Below are positions 21,195 to 30,904 of a stretch of 64,000 nucleotides of DNA, in pieces (the stretch's first letter is position 1; every line of letters starts with the position of its first letter). The position numbers and the translations under genes were made by a program. The DNA lies in contig CAVPOC010000004.1 of assembly GCA_963706955.1 (NCBI GenBank), positions 110,277-174,276 of the forward strand. Direction: 5' to 3'. Under the pieces are notes generated by a model, which saw only the letters and a program-made list of their open reading frames with translations, was not told where the DNA came from and ran no database searches. This DNA comes from an uncultured Verrucomicrobiae bacterium. Lineage in GTDB: Bacteria > Verrucomicrobiota > Verrucomicrobiia > Chthoniobacterales > Terrimicrobiaceae.

Positions 21195-21765
21195 TCACGG
21201 TGCGCGGGGCAACCCGTCGGATGAAATGACACTACCATTGGCGGCGGAAATTTCGATGTAACCAAAGTTACTACCCCCTCGGTCGTAGCACCATATTTTC
21301 CATACAGGAGCGGAGTCCGGATCGGTTTGCTGCAATACGTAGCTGACACTTCTGAGATTTCGGTCATTTGCCGCTGCGAATTGAGACGCGATTTCGAAGG
21401 CTGAACGCGAATCAATCGTGATTCGCTCGATGGCGATGGGGTTTGGAACCCTGAACAACTCGCCGACGTTTAAAGTCGGCTTTTCTTGAATGATCTCAGC
21501 CGTTGGCGATCGTGATGCTGAAAAGTCCCTCCTGAGGGTTCCCGCGGTAGGCGAGGATATACCATTGCGGCGGATCCGGCGTTCCGTTGTCGGCAGATAC
21601 TTTGACAACGAAGTTTTGATACTCGGGTGGGAGCATGTTTAACGCGCCTAATGCTGAGTTGACATCTTGCGCCGGTCCTTCCTCTGTCGGCTCAAATTGC
21701 GCCAGAGCTGCATGCGACCACAGCATGATGGTGGCGATCAACAGAATCTGATCTCTGAAAGTCAT
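21195..21765 (-). CDS. Hypothetical exported protein (frameshift near 21500)
   Basis: Signal peptide MTFRDQILLIATIMLWSHAALA; two ORFs join (SITIANG / EIIQEKP); internal echo ITIANG..I / IEISAANGSVIS suggests PepSY-like repeats. Confidence 0.6.
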
Positions 21766-22012
21766 CGGCCAACTATTGCCAGAAGGTGACTGACTGTCTA
21801 GCGATCGAGCAGATTTTGCCGCCGCCGCACCGTTTGGTCGAAAGTTTTTTCCGTCTTTCCTGTCGGGCGAAAATGGCTGAGGATCGAGGCATGATGTTGC
21901 GTCATGACCACATGCTTCGCCTCGCGCGCTTATCGCTGACGCAGGCCGGCAAGAAAAGGCGGGGCAACTGGATCGATCAGGAGCCTAGTTTCAAGCCAGA
22001 GGGTGGGGGACG

Positions 22013-22768
22013 ATGCTAGCCTTTGAGGAGGCCGGCTCGCCTGCAAACAGGCCGATCATCTTCCTACACGGATGGTGCTGCAACCGCGGTCATATGAGAG
22101 AGTTGATGACGCGCTTGGCCGGCCGGCACCATGTCATCGCCGTTGATCTCCCTGGCCACGGCGATAGTCCCTTGGGCGACGTTTTTCCTACGTTTGATTC
22201 GTTCGCTGCGAGTATCTGCTCCTTTATCGCCGAGCGCCAATTACATCAACCCGTCCTTGTCGGACATAGCATGGGGGGTGTCATCAGTGTGGTGACGGCC
22301 GCACGGGATCCCCGGTTAGTTGCAGGTGTCGTAAATCTCGATGGCGCAGTCCCGATCGCCGCCTCAGTGCGTGACGTCTACCGCGACTTGTTTTCCCGCA
22401 TCGGTCGCGAAGGTTTTCAATCCGTCGTTGCTCCTTTTGTCAGACAGGCATTTTTCCTTCCGTTCGAGCACGGGGCAATAAGTGAAACAATCGTTACGGG
22501 GATGATGTCCTATCCTGAAGGACTCGCTGTAGCTCTCCTGAAGGAATTTCCTGCTTTGCAGGCTGAGCCAGTCCTCAATGCTTCTCGAACGCCCTCGCTT
22601 TTTATTGGGAGCTCCTTTCCCCGCTTTGATGAAGCAGCTCTCAAGAAGGTCCGGCCAGACGCGTGGGTTGCTCGCGTCGCAGTATCTGGCCATTTCATGC
22701 AAATCTTTGCGCTCTCACAGGTGGTCGCGATGATCGAAAAGTTCATTGCCGTCGAGATCGAACGCTAG
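22013..22768 (+). CDS. Alpha/beta hydrolase
   Basis: FLHGW, DLPGHGDS, nucleophile elbow GHSMGG, C-terminal GHF. Confidence 0.92.
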   Translation: MLAFEEAGSPANRPIIFLHGWCCNRGHMRELMTRLAGRHHVIAVDLPGHGDSPLGDVFPTFDSFAASICSFIAERQLHQPVLVGHSMGGVISVVTAARDPRLVAGVVNLDGAVPIAASVRDVYRDLFSRIGREGFQSVVAPFVRQAFFLPFEHGAISETIVTGMMSYPEGLAVALLKEFPALQAEPVLNASRTPSLFIGSSFPRFDEAALKKVRPDAWVARVAVSGHFMQIFALSQVVAMIEKFIAVEIER

Positions 22769-22822
22769 CGCGCGGTTCCCTGCTCACTGTTGCAGTTTGT
22801 CGCGCGACACATACTATCATGT

Positions 22823-23833
22823 ATGCAATTAGAATGGACTAGTGATAGGGAGAGCGATGGGGCCGCCTCAGCCGATCAGATTGATCGTCCGGCAGACGAC
22901 GTTCTCCTGGATTCCTATTCGGCCGCGGTGGTTCGCGCGGTGGAGATAGCAAGCCCATCCGTTGTGCACGTGCGCGCGGAGTTTCCGGCGAGCAGGGGAC
23001 ACGTTCAAACCTCTGGGAGTGGATCGGGTTTCGTGCTCTCACCGGATGGATTTGTCCTCACCAATAGCCATGTGGTCCACGGAGCTACACGTATCGTTGC
23101 GCAGACTGTCGACGGTGGCGCCTGGAAGGCGGAGCTCGTGGGCGATGATCCGGACACAGATCTTGCCGTGCTCAGAATCGACGCGCCGGGGCTGCGGAAT
23201 ATTCGCTTTGCGAATTCCGCTCAGGTGCGGGTAGGCCAGATTGCCGTGGCCATCGGCAACCCGTTCGGCTACGACAACACCGTGACCGCCGGGATCGTCA
23301 GTGCCTTAGGAAGAACTTTTCCATCGAGAACAGGGCGGCTCATCGATAACGTTATTCAAACCGATGCAGCACTAAATCCGGGCAATTCTGGCGGTCCGCT
23401 CGCCAATAGTCGCGGCGAAGTGATCGGAGTCAACACCGCCATCATTGCGGCCGCACAGGGTATCTGTTTTGCGATAGGTAGCAAGACGGCGGAGTTCGTG
23501 GCTAGCTGGCTGATCAAGGAAGGACGCATCCGGCGAGGACACCTGGGCATTGCCGGCCAGGACACTGCGATTTATGAGCCGCTTGCTCGCAGACTCAAGC
23601 TGACTCAGCGCACTGGTGTGCGGGTCCATGAAATCGTTGCCGGGTCGCCCGCGGCCGCTGCCGGCGTCCGTCCCGGAGATCTGATTATCTGGTTCAATCA
23701 TGACACCGTATCAAGCGTTCACGACCTGCACCGCCTGTTGATCGGCGATGAGGTCGAGCGCCGGTCGCGTCTTTCGGTGCTTAGAGACGGGCGCTTGGAG
23801 CATCTCTGGATTACGCCGCGAGAGAGAAGCTAG
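22823..23833 (+). CDS. HtrA/DegQ-like serine protease with PDZ domain, no evident signal peptide
   Basis: GSGSGF, LTNSHVV, DLAVL, IQTDAALNPGNSGGPL, PDZ SPAAAAGVRPGD. Confidence 0.92.
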   Translation: MQLEWTSDRESDGAASADQIDRPADDVLLDSYSAAVVRAVEIASPSVVHVRAEFPASRGHVQTSGSGSGFVLSPDGFVLTNSHVVHGATRIVAQTVDGGAWKAELVGDDPDTDLAVLRIDAPGLRNIRFANSAQVRVGQIAVAIGNPFGYDNTVTAGIVSALGRTFPSRTGRLIDNVIQTDAALNPGNSGGPLANSRGEVIGVNTAIIAAAQGICFAIGSKTAEFVASWLIKEGRIRRGHLGIAGQDTAIYEPLARRLKLTQRTGVRVHEIVAGSPAAAAGVRPGDLIIWFNHDTVSSVHDLHRLLIGDEVERRSRLSVLRDGRLEHLWITPRERS

Positions 23834-23893
23834 TCGCACCGAACGGCCCGCTGAGTAGTTGTATTGGATCGCGGAGCAGATAATCTTTCGCCG

Positions 23894-24358
23894 ATGAGGC
23901 TCGTCAGATTCTTCAGTTTGGTCGTCTGGCTCTCGCTCTTCCTCTGCGCCTGTGAGACTACCCGCAGGCTTTGGGCCACGCTCAACGATTTCGCCGTGGG
24001 TATTTATAAGGCGACACCGCACCAAACGGAGCTCGCCGATCAGCGAGCCACTGCAGCCTTCGCCCGATTCTCGGCTGAGGAAAAAAGTTCGCTGCAACGA
24101 TCTGGCGTCCGTTATCTGGCGGTCCGGACAGCTGACCCGACGCCGGCTCAATGGAGCGAGATCCGCACGGACATGCAGAAGCCCACTTCAAGATATGGGG
24201 GTTCACGGAGAGTCCCCGAAAAGATTTACTGCGTGATGATTTGGGATACCCAATCTCAAGAGATCGTTGGGACGGATTGCTATGCCGTGCTCAAGCTTCC
24301 CCCGGCTGGTGAATTGGCGCGATTCGACACGTTCACAGCCCAATACGTCGGCTTTTGA
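23894..24358 (+). CDS. Putative lipoprotein
   Basis: Hydrophobic N-terminus ending LCAC; no family recognised. Confidence 0.65.
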   Translation: MRLVRFFSLVVWLSLFLCACETTRRLWATLNDFAVGIYKATPHQTELADQRATAAFARFSAEEKSSLQRSGVRYLAVRTADPTPAQWSEIRTDMQKPTSRYGGSRRVPEKIYCVMIWDTQSQEIVGTDCYAVLKLPPAGELARFDTFTAQYVGF

Positions 24359-24443
24359 ACACCCTCATGAGCGCTAGGCAGCGCTGCTGAGAAGGCGGAT
24401 CCACCGCGCGAGCGCCGCGGCAATCCCTGTCATAATTCCTTTC

Positions 24444-24913
24444 TCAGACTCCCAGGCTGTCGCGGGTGCGATAGTCGAGGCGTCCTGTTATCGGCAAACC
24501 GTAGTCTGCCTGATAACCGCGAATGGCTCGGTTGGTCATCGGACCGAAGTCTCCGTCTATGGGTCCGCGGTAGTAGCCGAGTCTCGCCAGGCGTGCTTGG
24601 GCACGATAGAGTGCCGGCGCCGAGTAGGTGGCATACGCGGACGTTGCATACACACGCCTGGGCTGGACAACATAAACGGGGCGATACACGCGAACCGGAG
24701 CAACGTAGGTCACGCCAAAGGATGGTCCCCAGCCCCATCCACCCCAGTACCAGCGGCCCTAACCGCCCCCCAACCGCCCCAACCGCCGCCCCAACCGCCG
24801 CCCCAACCGCCGCCCCAACCGCCGCCCCATCTTCCGCAGCGTCCGCCAGCATGGCTGACATCGGCCAATGCGATCAACAGGAGCACCAAGATAACCAAGA
24901 GTTTTGTTCTCAT
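24444..24913 (-). CDS. Exported peptidoglycan-binding domain protein with GGGW repeats (frameshifted)
   Basis: Signal peptide MRTKLLVILVLLLIALADVSHA; C-terminal PG_binding_1 motif AQARLARLGYYRGPIDGDFGPMTNRAIRGYQADYGLPITGRLD. Confidence 0.8.
24779..24826. repeat. 12-bp tandem repeat x4 (CCAACCGCCGCC)
   Basis: Four perfect copies plus degenerate 9-bp copies alongside; encodes GGGW on the minus strand. Confidence 0.95.
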
Positions 24914-24971
24914 CGTGATGGTCCTTCCTCCGATCAAAACAGTAAGCGGGAATATCCGGATCTTCAAGCGC

Positions 24972-25442
24972 TCAACCGTCGAAAGAAGGGAAGAGCGGTC
25001 GACCATATTTCATGAAAGGCCAGGGGATGCTCGCAAGGATGAGGACGCCTGCTAGCGTGTAGGCGATCGCCGCGCGCAAAAATCTGGCACGATCTGTCGT
25101 CGCTCGCTTGGAAATTGAATACCCCATCTGGGCAATGATGATCGCGAGCAACATGCCAGCGAAATGCTCGACCGCGAAGAATCGAAGCGTGCTGTCTTTC
25201 ATAGCCGCCGCAAAGTTAGTCCAGGCTGTGCGCATGATCGGACTAATGGCATAAAGGATTAGTCCCAAAACGAACTGAACATTTAGCAACGACGTAAATA
25301 TCAAGCCGGCCATTTGATCTTTGCGTGTCCATTCCGCTCGTCCGAAGAAGCCGCTCCAGACGCGCAGGAGAGCCCAAACACAGGCGAACAGGACGATCCA
25401 GCGCAGCAAGCTGTGAGCGTCTCTGAGAAACAAATAAGGCAT
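24972..25442 (-). CDS. Conserved four-TM membrane protein
   Basis: HSLLRWIVL, LNVQFVLGLILY, RFFAVEH, IPWPF. Confidence 0.75.
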   Translation of the reverse strand: MPYLFLRDAHSLLRWIVLFACVWALLRVWSGFFGRAEWTRKDQMAGLIFTSLLNVQFVLGLILYAISPIMRTAWTNFAAAMKDSTLRFFAVEHFAGMLLAIIIAQMGYSISKRATTDRARFLRAAIAYTLAGVLILASIPWPFMKYGRPLFPSFDG

Positions 25443-25500
25443 GCTAGCGAACCTACCTACATGGCCATCGTGTTCACGTCACTCCCTCAGTTTCGGACGT

Positions 25501-25704
25501 TCAATCTCCTTGCATTTGCGATGAGCCGATAGGCGTGGCCTGATTTTTCCTGGGGAGGCGAGATGGCTTGCAGAGCACCTTCGAGATGGTAGCGACGCGG
25601 GCGCATCTGCGACAGAAGAAGCAGGGCGGATCAACGAGCTCGAGCAGCTTGTCGGCATGCTTGCTGATGTCGCGCTTGGACCAGTCGCAAAGGGTCTTGG
25701 CCAT
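25501..25704 (-). CDS. Small Cys-rich protein
   Basis: MAKTLCDW...FFCRRCARVA...LCKP; divergent from dps. Confidence 0.65.
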   Translation of the reverse strand: MAKTLCDWSKRDISKHADKLLELVDPPCFFCRRCARVATISKVLCKPSRLPRKNQATPIGSSQMQGD

Positions 25705-25771
25705 GCGAGAACGGAACAGGGAATGCCGGGTTGCGCAAGGAGGTTATCGACGGTATTCTCCCCTGACCACT

Positions 25772-26245
25772 ATGAGCACACATACAGCGACAAAACAGAA
25801 ATCCAATGCAGTGATCGAGGGACTTCAAACCGTTTTGGCCGATTCGTATGCCTTGATGGCACAAACGCACATCGCACACTGGAATGTCGAGGGTCCAAAT
25901 TTCTTCCAGCTTCACCAGGCCTTTCAGAAGCAATACGAGGAGCTTTTCGAGGCTGTTGACGAGGTCGCTGAGCGCTTACGGGCGCTGGACGTCCTTGCCA
26001 ATGGCGGCTTGAAAAATCTGGGCAACGCTTCTCGGATCGAAGAACTGGCCGTTGAGAGCACGCCAGCCAAGGATATTGTGGCTCATCTGATCGAATGCCA
26101 CGAAATCCTCTTGCTCAATGCCCATACGCTTCGTGAGGCTTCCGGGAGCGCCGATGATCTCGAAACTCAGGACCTCATGATCAAGCGCATCCAGGCGCAT
26201 CAGAAGACGCTGTGGATGCTGAAGAGCTTCCTGAAAAACCTCTAG
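25772..26245 (+). CDS. dps: DNA starvation/stationary phase protection protein Dps
   Basis: HWNVEGPNFFQLH, DEVAERLRAL, HQKTLWMLKS. Confidence 0.95.
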   Translation: MSTHTATKQKSNAVIEGLQTVLADSYALMAQTHIAHWNVEGPNFFQLHQAFQKQYEELFEAVDEVAERLRALDVLANGGLKNLGNASRIEELAVESTPAKDIVAHLIECHEILLLNAHTLREASGSADDLETQDLMIKRIQAHQKTLWMLKSFLKNL

Positions 26246-26325
26246 GGAAAGCTGCCCGCGACACCGCTCCGAAAAGGGCTACAATCTGATCTTGCGAATC
26301 AGTCTCAAATTCGTATCTTCCGCTG

Positions 26326-26757
26326 ATGTCCATTTGCTCAGCTGATTCCCCGGTCTTGTCATCGACGCTAAAATCATGGCGCACTGACGCGGCTCGCATT
26401 ATCGAAGATCTGTTTCGATGCACAGCACCGGATGCCTGGGATATGCTCTTGGATTTGCGAGAGCATTTATTGCAAGGCGACGATTTGGAAGAGACTCTCG
26501 ACTTGTTTCTAGCGTGTCGGGAGAGGTTAGAAGCTGAACACTATCTTCCCTTTTATCGCTTACGACGGCTGATCGCAAGCAGCTTGAGCTTGGAAGCAGG
26601 GACCAGCCAAGCTCACGTCGCGCCGCTGCGCGAAATACTTCGTCGAAAGCATAGCTCGCTTGCTGATATGAAGCGCAGGTTGAGGCGCGAAATTTTCGAA
26701 CACGACCTACGCCAGGCCGGAATCGACCGAATTCCGCTACGCGTAGTTGAGCGCTAG
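26326..26757 (+). CDS. Hypothetical protein
   Basis: Clean ATG ORF filling the gap after dps; helical composition. Confidence 0.6.
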   Translation: MSICSADSPVLSSTLKSWRTDAARIIEDLFRCTAPDAWDMLLDLREHLLQGDDLEETLDLFLACRERLEAEHYLPFYRLRRLIASSLSLEAGTSQAHVAPLREILRRKHSSLADMKRRLRREIFEHDLRQAGIDRIPLRVVER

Positions 26758-26862
26758 CGAGGATGCCCTCAATTTGCGGTCCGCGCTCACCTCAGCGGAG
26801 ATGACGTTGTCGGGCTGTTTGGTTTAAGCGAATGGGAACCCTTCGCTGAAGCCGGGGTTAGC

Positions 26863-28311
26863 ATGAACGCTCGTCCATACGGCGAAGTCGATTGGGAGGC
26901 GCTCGATAGCCGGCCAATTGCTGACTGGTTCCAGGACGCGAAATTCGGGATTTTCATTCATTGGGGACTCTACTCGGTGCCTTCTTGGGCTCCGGTAGAC
27001 GTGCCCAATGAATTGGAGAATCCAGTATGGTTGCGATATGCAGAGTGGTATTGGCATTCGCTGACAATGGGAGAAGGTTTGCCCAAAGACGCGTCGAACG
27101 GTGCCACCTGGCGGTTTCACCAGCGGGTTTATGGCGCGGCCTTCGCCTACGAGGATTTTGCGCCGCTGTTCCGCGCTGAATTATTCGATGGTGAGCAATG
27201 GGCCGAGACAATTCGAGCGGCCGGTGCGCGCTACGTGGTCCTTACTTCAAAACATCACGATGGCTTCGCGTTATGGCCCAGTGTGGAAGCAAGCAAGAAC
27301 TGGGGGCGCGCTTGGAACAGCACGGACGCAGGGCCTAAGCGTGATCTGGTCGGAGATCTGACCGAGGCCATTCGCCAGAAGGGCCTTCGCATGGGACTCT
27401 ACTATTCGTTGTATGAGTGGTTCAATCCCCTCTGGATCGCCGACAGATCCCGCTATGTGCGAGAGCACATGCATCCTCAATTCAAGGACCTGGTCGCGCG
27501 TTACGAACCCTCGGTCATCTTCGCCGATGGCGAATGGGAATTAACGTCAGCGGACTGGGGGAGCCCGGAATTGCTGAAATGGTTGTTCGGCGAGTCGCCT
27601 TCAAAAGATGAGGTCGTTGTGAATGATCGCTGGGGCAGCGATTCCCGCCATGTGCATGGAGGTTACTGGACGACTGAGTACACGGCCGGAATGAGCACAT
27701 TGAAGCACCCTTGGGAGGAGAGCCGGGGCATCGGGTATTCGTATGGCTACAATCGTGCCGAACGTGCCGGAGACTATCGGACGGGTCGCGAGCTGGTGCT
27801 CATGCTCGTTGACATTGTCAGCCGCGGCGGAAATTTGCTCCTGGGAATTGGACCCACGGCTGATGGACGTATCCCCGTCATCATGGAGGAACGTTTGCTG
27901 GACGTCGGCCGATGGCTGCTTGTCAACGGAGAGGCGATCTACTCCACCCGCCCGTGGCAACGCAGCCGACAGTGGAGTGCCGGAGAACGGCCCCAGCTCG
28001 AGTATGACCAGGAGGTAATGGCGCCATATGACGTTTTGAAACTGGTCGAATCGCCTGGGGATGGATCAGCCGTCGTGGACGCTTTCTTTACCTGCAACAA
28101 CCAGGCCGTATTCGCAATTTTGCCCCACTGGCCAGTAGGTAGCTTTACCTTCGGGGGAATCGACGCACAAAGCGTTAAGTCCGTCGTGCTCTTGGGAGAC
28201 AATCGCCCGTTGGCGTTCCAGGGCACAGCAGACGGAACTTCGGTCGACTTACCAGCGATTTCAGGAACTCATCTGACGCAACCAGCGTGGGTTCTGAAGT
28301 TCTCCGTGTAG
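26863..28311 (+). CDS. Alpha-L-fucosidase (GH29)
   Basis: WFQDAKFGIFIHWGLYSVP, YAEWY, TSKHHDGF, VNDRWG, VSRGGNLLL, WLLVNGEAIYSTRPW. Confidence 0.95.
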   Translation: MNARPYGEVDWEALDSRPIADWFQDAKFGIFIHWGLYSVPSWAPVDVPNELENPVWLRYAEWYWHSLTMGEGLPKDASNGATWRFHQRVYGAAFAYEDFAPLFRAELFDGEQWAETIRAAGARYVVLTSKHHDGFALWPSVEASKNWGRAWNSTDAGPKRDLVGDLTEAIRQKGLRMGLYYSLYEWFNPLWIADRSRYVREHMHPQFKDLVARYEPSVIFADGEWELTSADWGSPELLKWLFGESPSKDEVVVNDRWGSDSRHVHGGYWTTEYTAGMSTLKHPWEESRGIGYSYGYNRAERAGDYRTGRELVLMLVDIVSRGGNLLLGIGPTADGRIPVIMEERLLDVGRWLLVNGEAIYSTRPWQRSRQWSAGERPQLEYDQEVMAPYDVLKLVESPGDGSAVVDAFFTCNNQAVFAILPHWPVGSFTFGGIDAQSVKSVVLLGDNRPLAFQGTADGTSVDLPAISGTHLTQPAWVLKFSV

Positions 28312-28324
28312 CTCGAACCGAAGT

Positions 28325-28864
28325 TTATTTCTGATCGAATGGGGACCCCTCCCAATCCCTGATAAAGCTTAGAACTTTCTGATCATCACCTCTGGACAGC
28401 CAGACTGCTTTCAGGAAGTCGGCTGGGTGAAGTCGATGTTCTCGAAGAAAATGCCGGTCTCCGCCGCAGCCATACATGATGTCATGGCAAAGAGCTCCTT
28501 CAAGGAAGCAGGTTGCCTTCTTGATGATGCGAGGAAGCCATGTGATTCCCGCAAGAGTTGCGCGCTTAGCGGGCAGCTCGTCGGGTCGAATTTCATTCAG
28601 GCTCCCGGCCCGCTTTTGCTCAAAGATGAAATAGTGGCGACGGACGGCGACAATGAGGAGATAGGTATCCCAATCCGGCTCTCCCGCCGAGACGAAATCC
28701 TCGACGTAATCATAGACGTTGATCGGACGCAGCCCGATCGAGGCGAGAAATCTCTTCTCCTCGGGGGAAAAATAGGTGGCATCGTCGCGCTGACCGTCAC
28801 GGTAACGGGTTACCGCCTTGTCGTAGATCTTGCGCAGGTCCGTCGTCCAAACATCGGATTTCAT
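28325..28864 (-). CDS. DUF5069-like protein
   Basis: LAGITWLPRIIKKA...IMYGCGGDRHFL resembles the DUF5069 core; start ATG 28864. Confidence 0.7.
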   Translation of the reverse strand: MKSDVWTTDLRKIYDKAVTRYRDGQRDDATYFSPEEKRFLASIGLRPINVYDYVEDFVSAGEPDWDTYLLIVAVRRHYFIFEQKRAGSLNEIRPDELPAKRATLAGITWLPRIIKKATCFLEGALCHDIMYGCGGDRHFLREHRLHPADFLKAVWLSRGDDQKVLSFIRDWEGSPFDQK

Positions 28865-28977
28865 GGGTTTATACGAACAGGGCAGCGTCGCTTTTGCAGT
28901 ACGTTTTTCGCACCGCTTTGGCGCCTTGACTAAATGCCACGTCGAATTATCTGCGGGCGGATCTGGAGCGACGCCAA

Positions 28978-29901
28978 TCAGTCGCCGGCAAGGACTTCGG
29001 CGGCGGTCTTGAAGTGCATCTTCGCGACGGTGCTCAGGGCATCCCGTCCGCCTATTTCGGCAACCTTTCTGGCCGCTTGCTTGACTGAGGCCGACACGCC
29101 TCTTGGCAGGGCAACACCGAGTCGTTTCCCGGCGGTATCCAGCCAATCGATGAACTTCTCGCGGGCCAGGATGGATGCCGCCGCAACTGCGAAGTCTGAC
29201 TCCGCCTTGGTGCGCTGTTCGAGTGCAAGCGTCCGGCCTTTTTCCATGATCGCTCGCTGGAGCACGCGAACATCGGCGAACTTGTCAGAAAGCGCACGCG
29301 GGCACTCCGGTCGCAGCTCGCAAAGGTTCTCGATGACTCGAGCGTGTCCCCAAGCGAGCAGGCGATTCAGGTTGCCGATCTTCAGAAACAGCGAATTGTA
29401 GCGTTCGGGTCCGATGGTCACCACGCTTTGGGCGGCTCCAGAGTTTCGAATTGCGACCGCCAGATCTCGGATGCGTTTGTCGGATGAAATGCGTTTGCTG
29501 TCGGTCACCCCGATTTGCTGGAACTGTCGCGCGAGGTCACGATCGACATAGACACCAGCGATCACCAGCGGTCCAAAAAAGTCGCCTTTGCCGCTTTCAT
29601 CGATGCCAAAATGCGGTTCGAACATTTCGGGATTGAGAACCTCTTCATAGCCGAGCTTGGCTTCTCCCAGGATTTCGGGTTCGAGTCGGAATTTGACGAA
29701 GTCTTCCGTGCCCCGGCCCTGGGCGACAAGCTTTGGTCCTTTCTCGTAAACGGCGATCGTGAGCTTGTCTTTTTGCGCAAAGTAGAGGGTGTACGGGCGC
29801 GTTTCGAATTTGTATCCCTCCTCGCGCAGCAAGGCTCTCAACTTCGCGGCTTGCGCGGGTGTTACGGGAGTTGTGTAAAGGGTGATGGCTTTGTCCGGCA
29901 C
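28978..29901 (-). CDS. rnhC: Ribonuclease HIII
   Basis: N-terminal TBP-like domain (IAVYEKGPKLVAQG), GIDESGKGDFFGPLV, DSK, VAAASILAR; probable GTG start 29901. Confidence 0.93.
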   Translation of the reverse strand: MPDKAITLYTTPVTPAQAAKLRALLREEGYKFETRPYTLYFAQKDKLTIAVYEKGPKLVAQGRGTEDFVKFRLEPEILGEAKLGYEEVLNPEMFEPHFGIDESGKGDFFGPLVIAGVYVDRDLARQFQQIGVTDSKRISSDKRIRDLAVAIRNSGAAQSVVTIGPERYNSLFLKIGNLNRLLAWGHARVIENLCELRPECPRALSDKFADVRVLQRAIMEKGRTLALEQRTKAESDFAVAAASILAREKFIDWLDTAGKRLGVALPRGVSASVKQAARKVAEIGGRDALSTVAKMHFKTAAEVLAGD

Positions 29902-30904
29902 AGGAAAGAGCAATAAAGCGCAAGCTGGCGGCGACACGGAGCAAAAAATCCGACGCAAGCTCTGGCGGTGGTTCAAGGGCCATGGGCGTGATCTGCCTTG
30001 GCGGCGGACCCATGATCCCTATGCCATTTTAGTCTCGGAGTTGATGCTTCAGCAAACAACGGTGAGCGCGGTCATCCCCTATTTCGAGCGTTGGATGGCC
30101 AGATTCCCTACCTTGGCCTCTCTTGCCCGATCCACCGAGGAAGATGTCCTGGCGCTTTGGCAGGGTCTTGGCTACTACGGGCGCGCTCACAATCTTCGCC
30201 AGATCGCGGTGACGCTCGTCGGCCAGCGCAGGCCGGAGGTTCCGGATTCGCTCGCCGAGCTTCGGAATTTGCCGGGGGTGGGCGATTACACCGCCGCGGC
30301 AGTGGCTTCCTTTGCCTTCGATGCCGTGGAACCGTTGATCGACGGGAATATTGCCCGAGTGCTTGCGCGACTCGGAAATTGGAAGGAGCCGATCGATGGC
30401 GCTGCCGGGCGCGCTTTCCTCCTCCAATCGGCGAGGGACCTCCTGCCAAGGTCTGGTGGGCGTTTGCACAATTCCGCTTTGATGGAACTGGGAGCGTTGG
30501 TCTGCGTGGTGCGAAATCCGAAATGTCCTAGTTGCCCGCTGCGCCGCGAGTGTGCCGCCGAAGGCCCAAATGAATTGCCGATGAAGAAACCGCGTCGTCC
30601 CATCGAACGGGTCGACGACTCTCGAGCGTTTATCTTCGAGCGCGGAAAACTATGGCTCGAGCGCGCGCGAGGGCCACGGTGGCGGGGAATGTGGGTCCTT
30701 CCTCAAACACAACTGACCAGCCGTTGCGCGGATCATGTTGAGCGCTACTTCATTACCCGATTTCACGTGACGATGCGCACCTACGTCGAGTCCAGGCAAG
30801 ATCGGACTCTGGAAGGATACGCCCTCGAATCTTTGCCGCCGATGCCCTCCCCACACAGGCGCACGGTTGCAGCGATGTTGCAAAGAGTCCATAGTCGGAC
30901 CTGA
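29885..30904 (+). CDS. mutY: A/G-specific adenine glycosylase
   Basis: [22 protein letters not shown], Hh[17 protein letters not shown], 4Fe-4S motif [17 protein letters not shown]. Confidence 0.94.
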   Translation: MALSGTGKSNKAQAGGDTEQKIRRKLWRWFKGHGRDLPWRRTHDPYAILVSELMLQQTTVSAVIPYFERWMARFPTLASLARSTEEDVLALWQGLGYYGRAHNLRQIAVTLVGQRRPEVPDSLAELRNLPGVGDYTAAAVASFAFDAVEPLIDGNIARVLARLGNWKEPIDGAAGRAFLLQSARDLLPRSGGRLHNSALMELGALVCVVRNPKCPSCPLRRECAAEGPNELPMKKPRRPIERVDDSRAFIFERGKLWLERARGPRWRGMWVLPQTQLTSRCADHVERYFITRFHVTMRTYVESRQDRTLEGYALESLPPMPSPHRRTVAAMLQRVHSRT

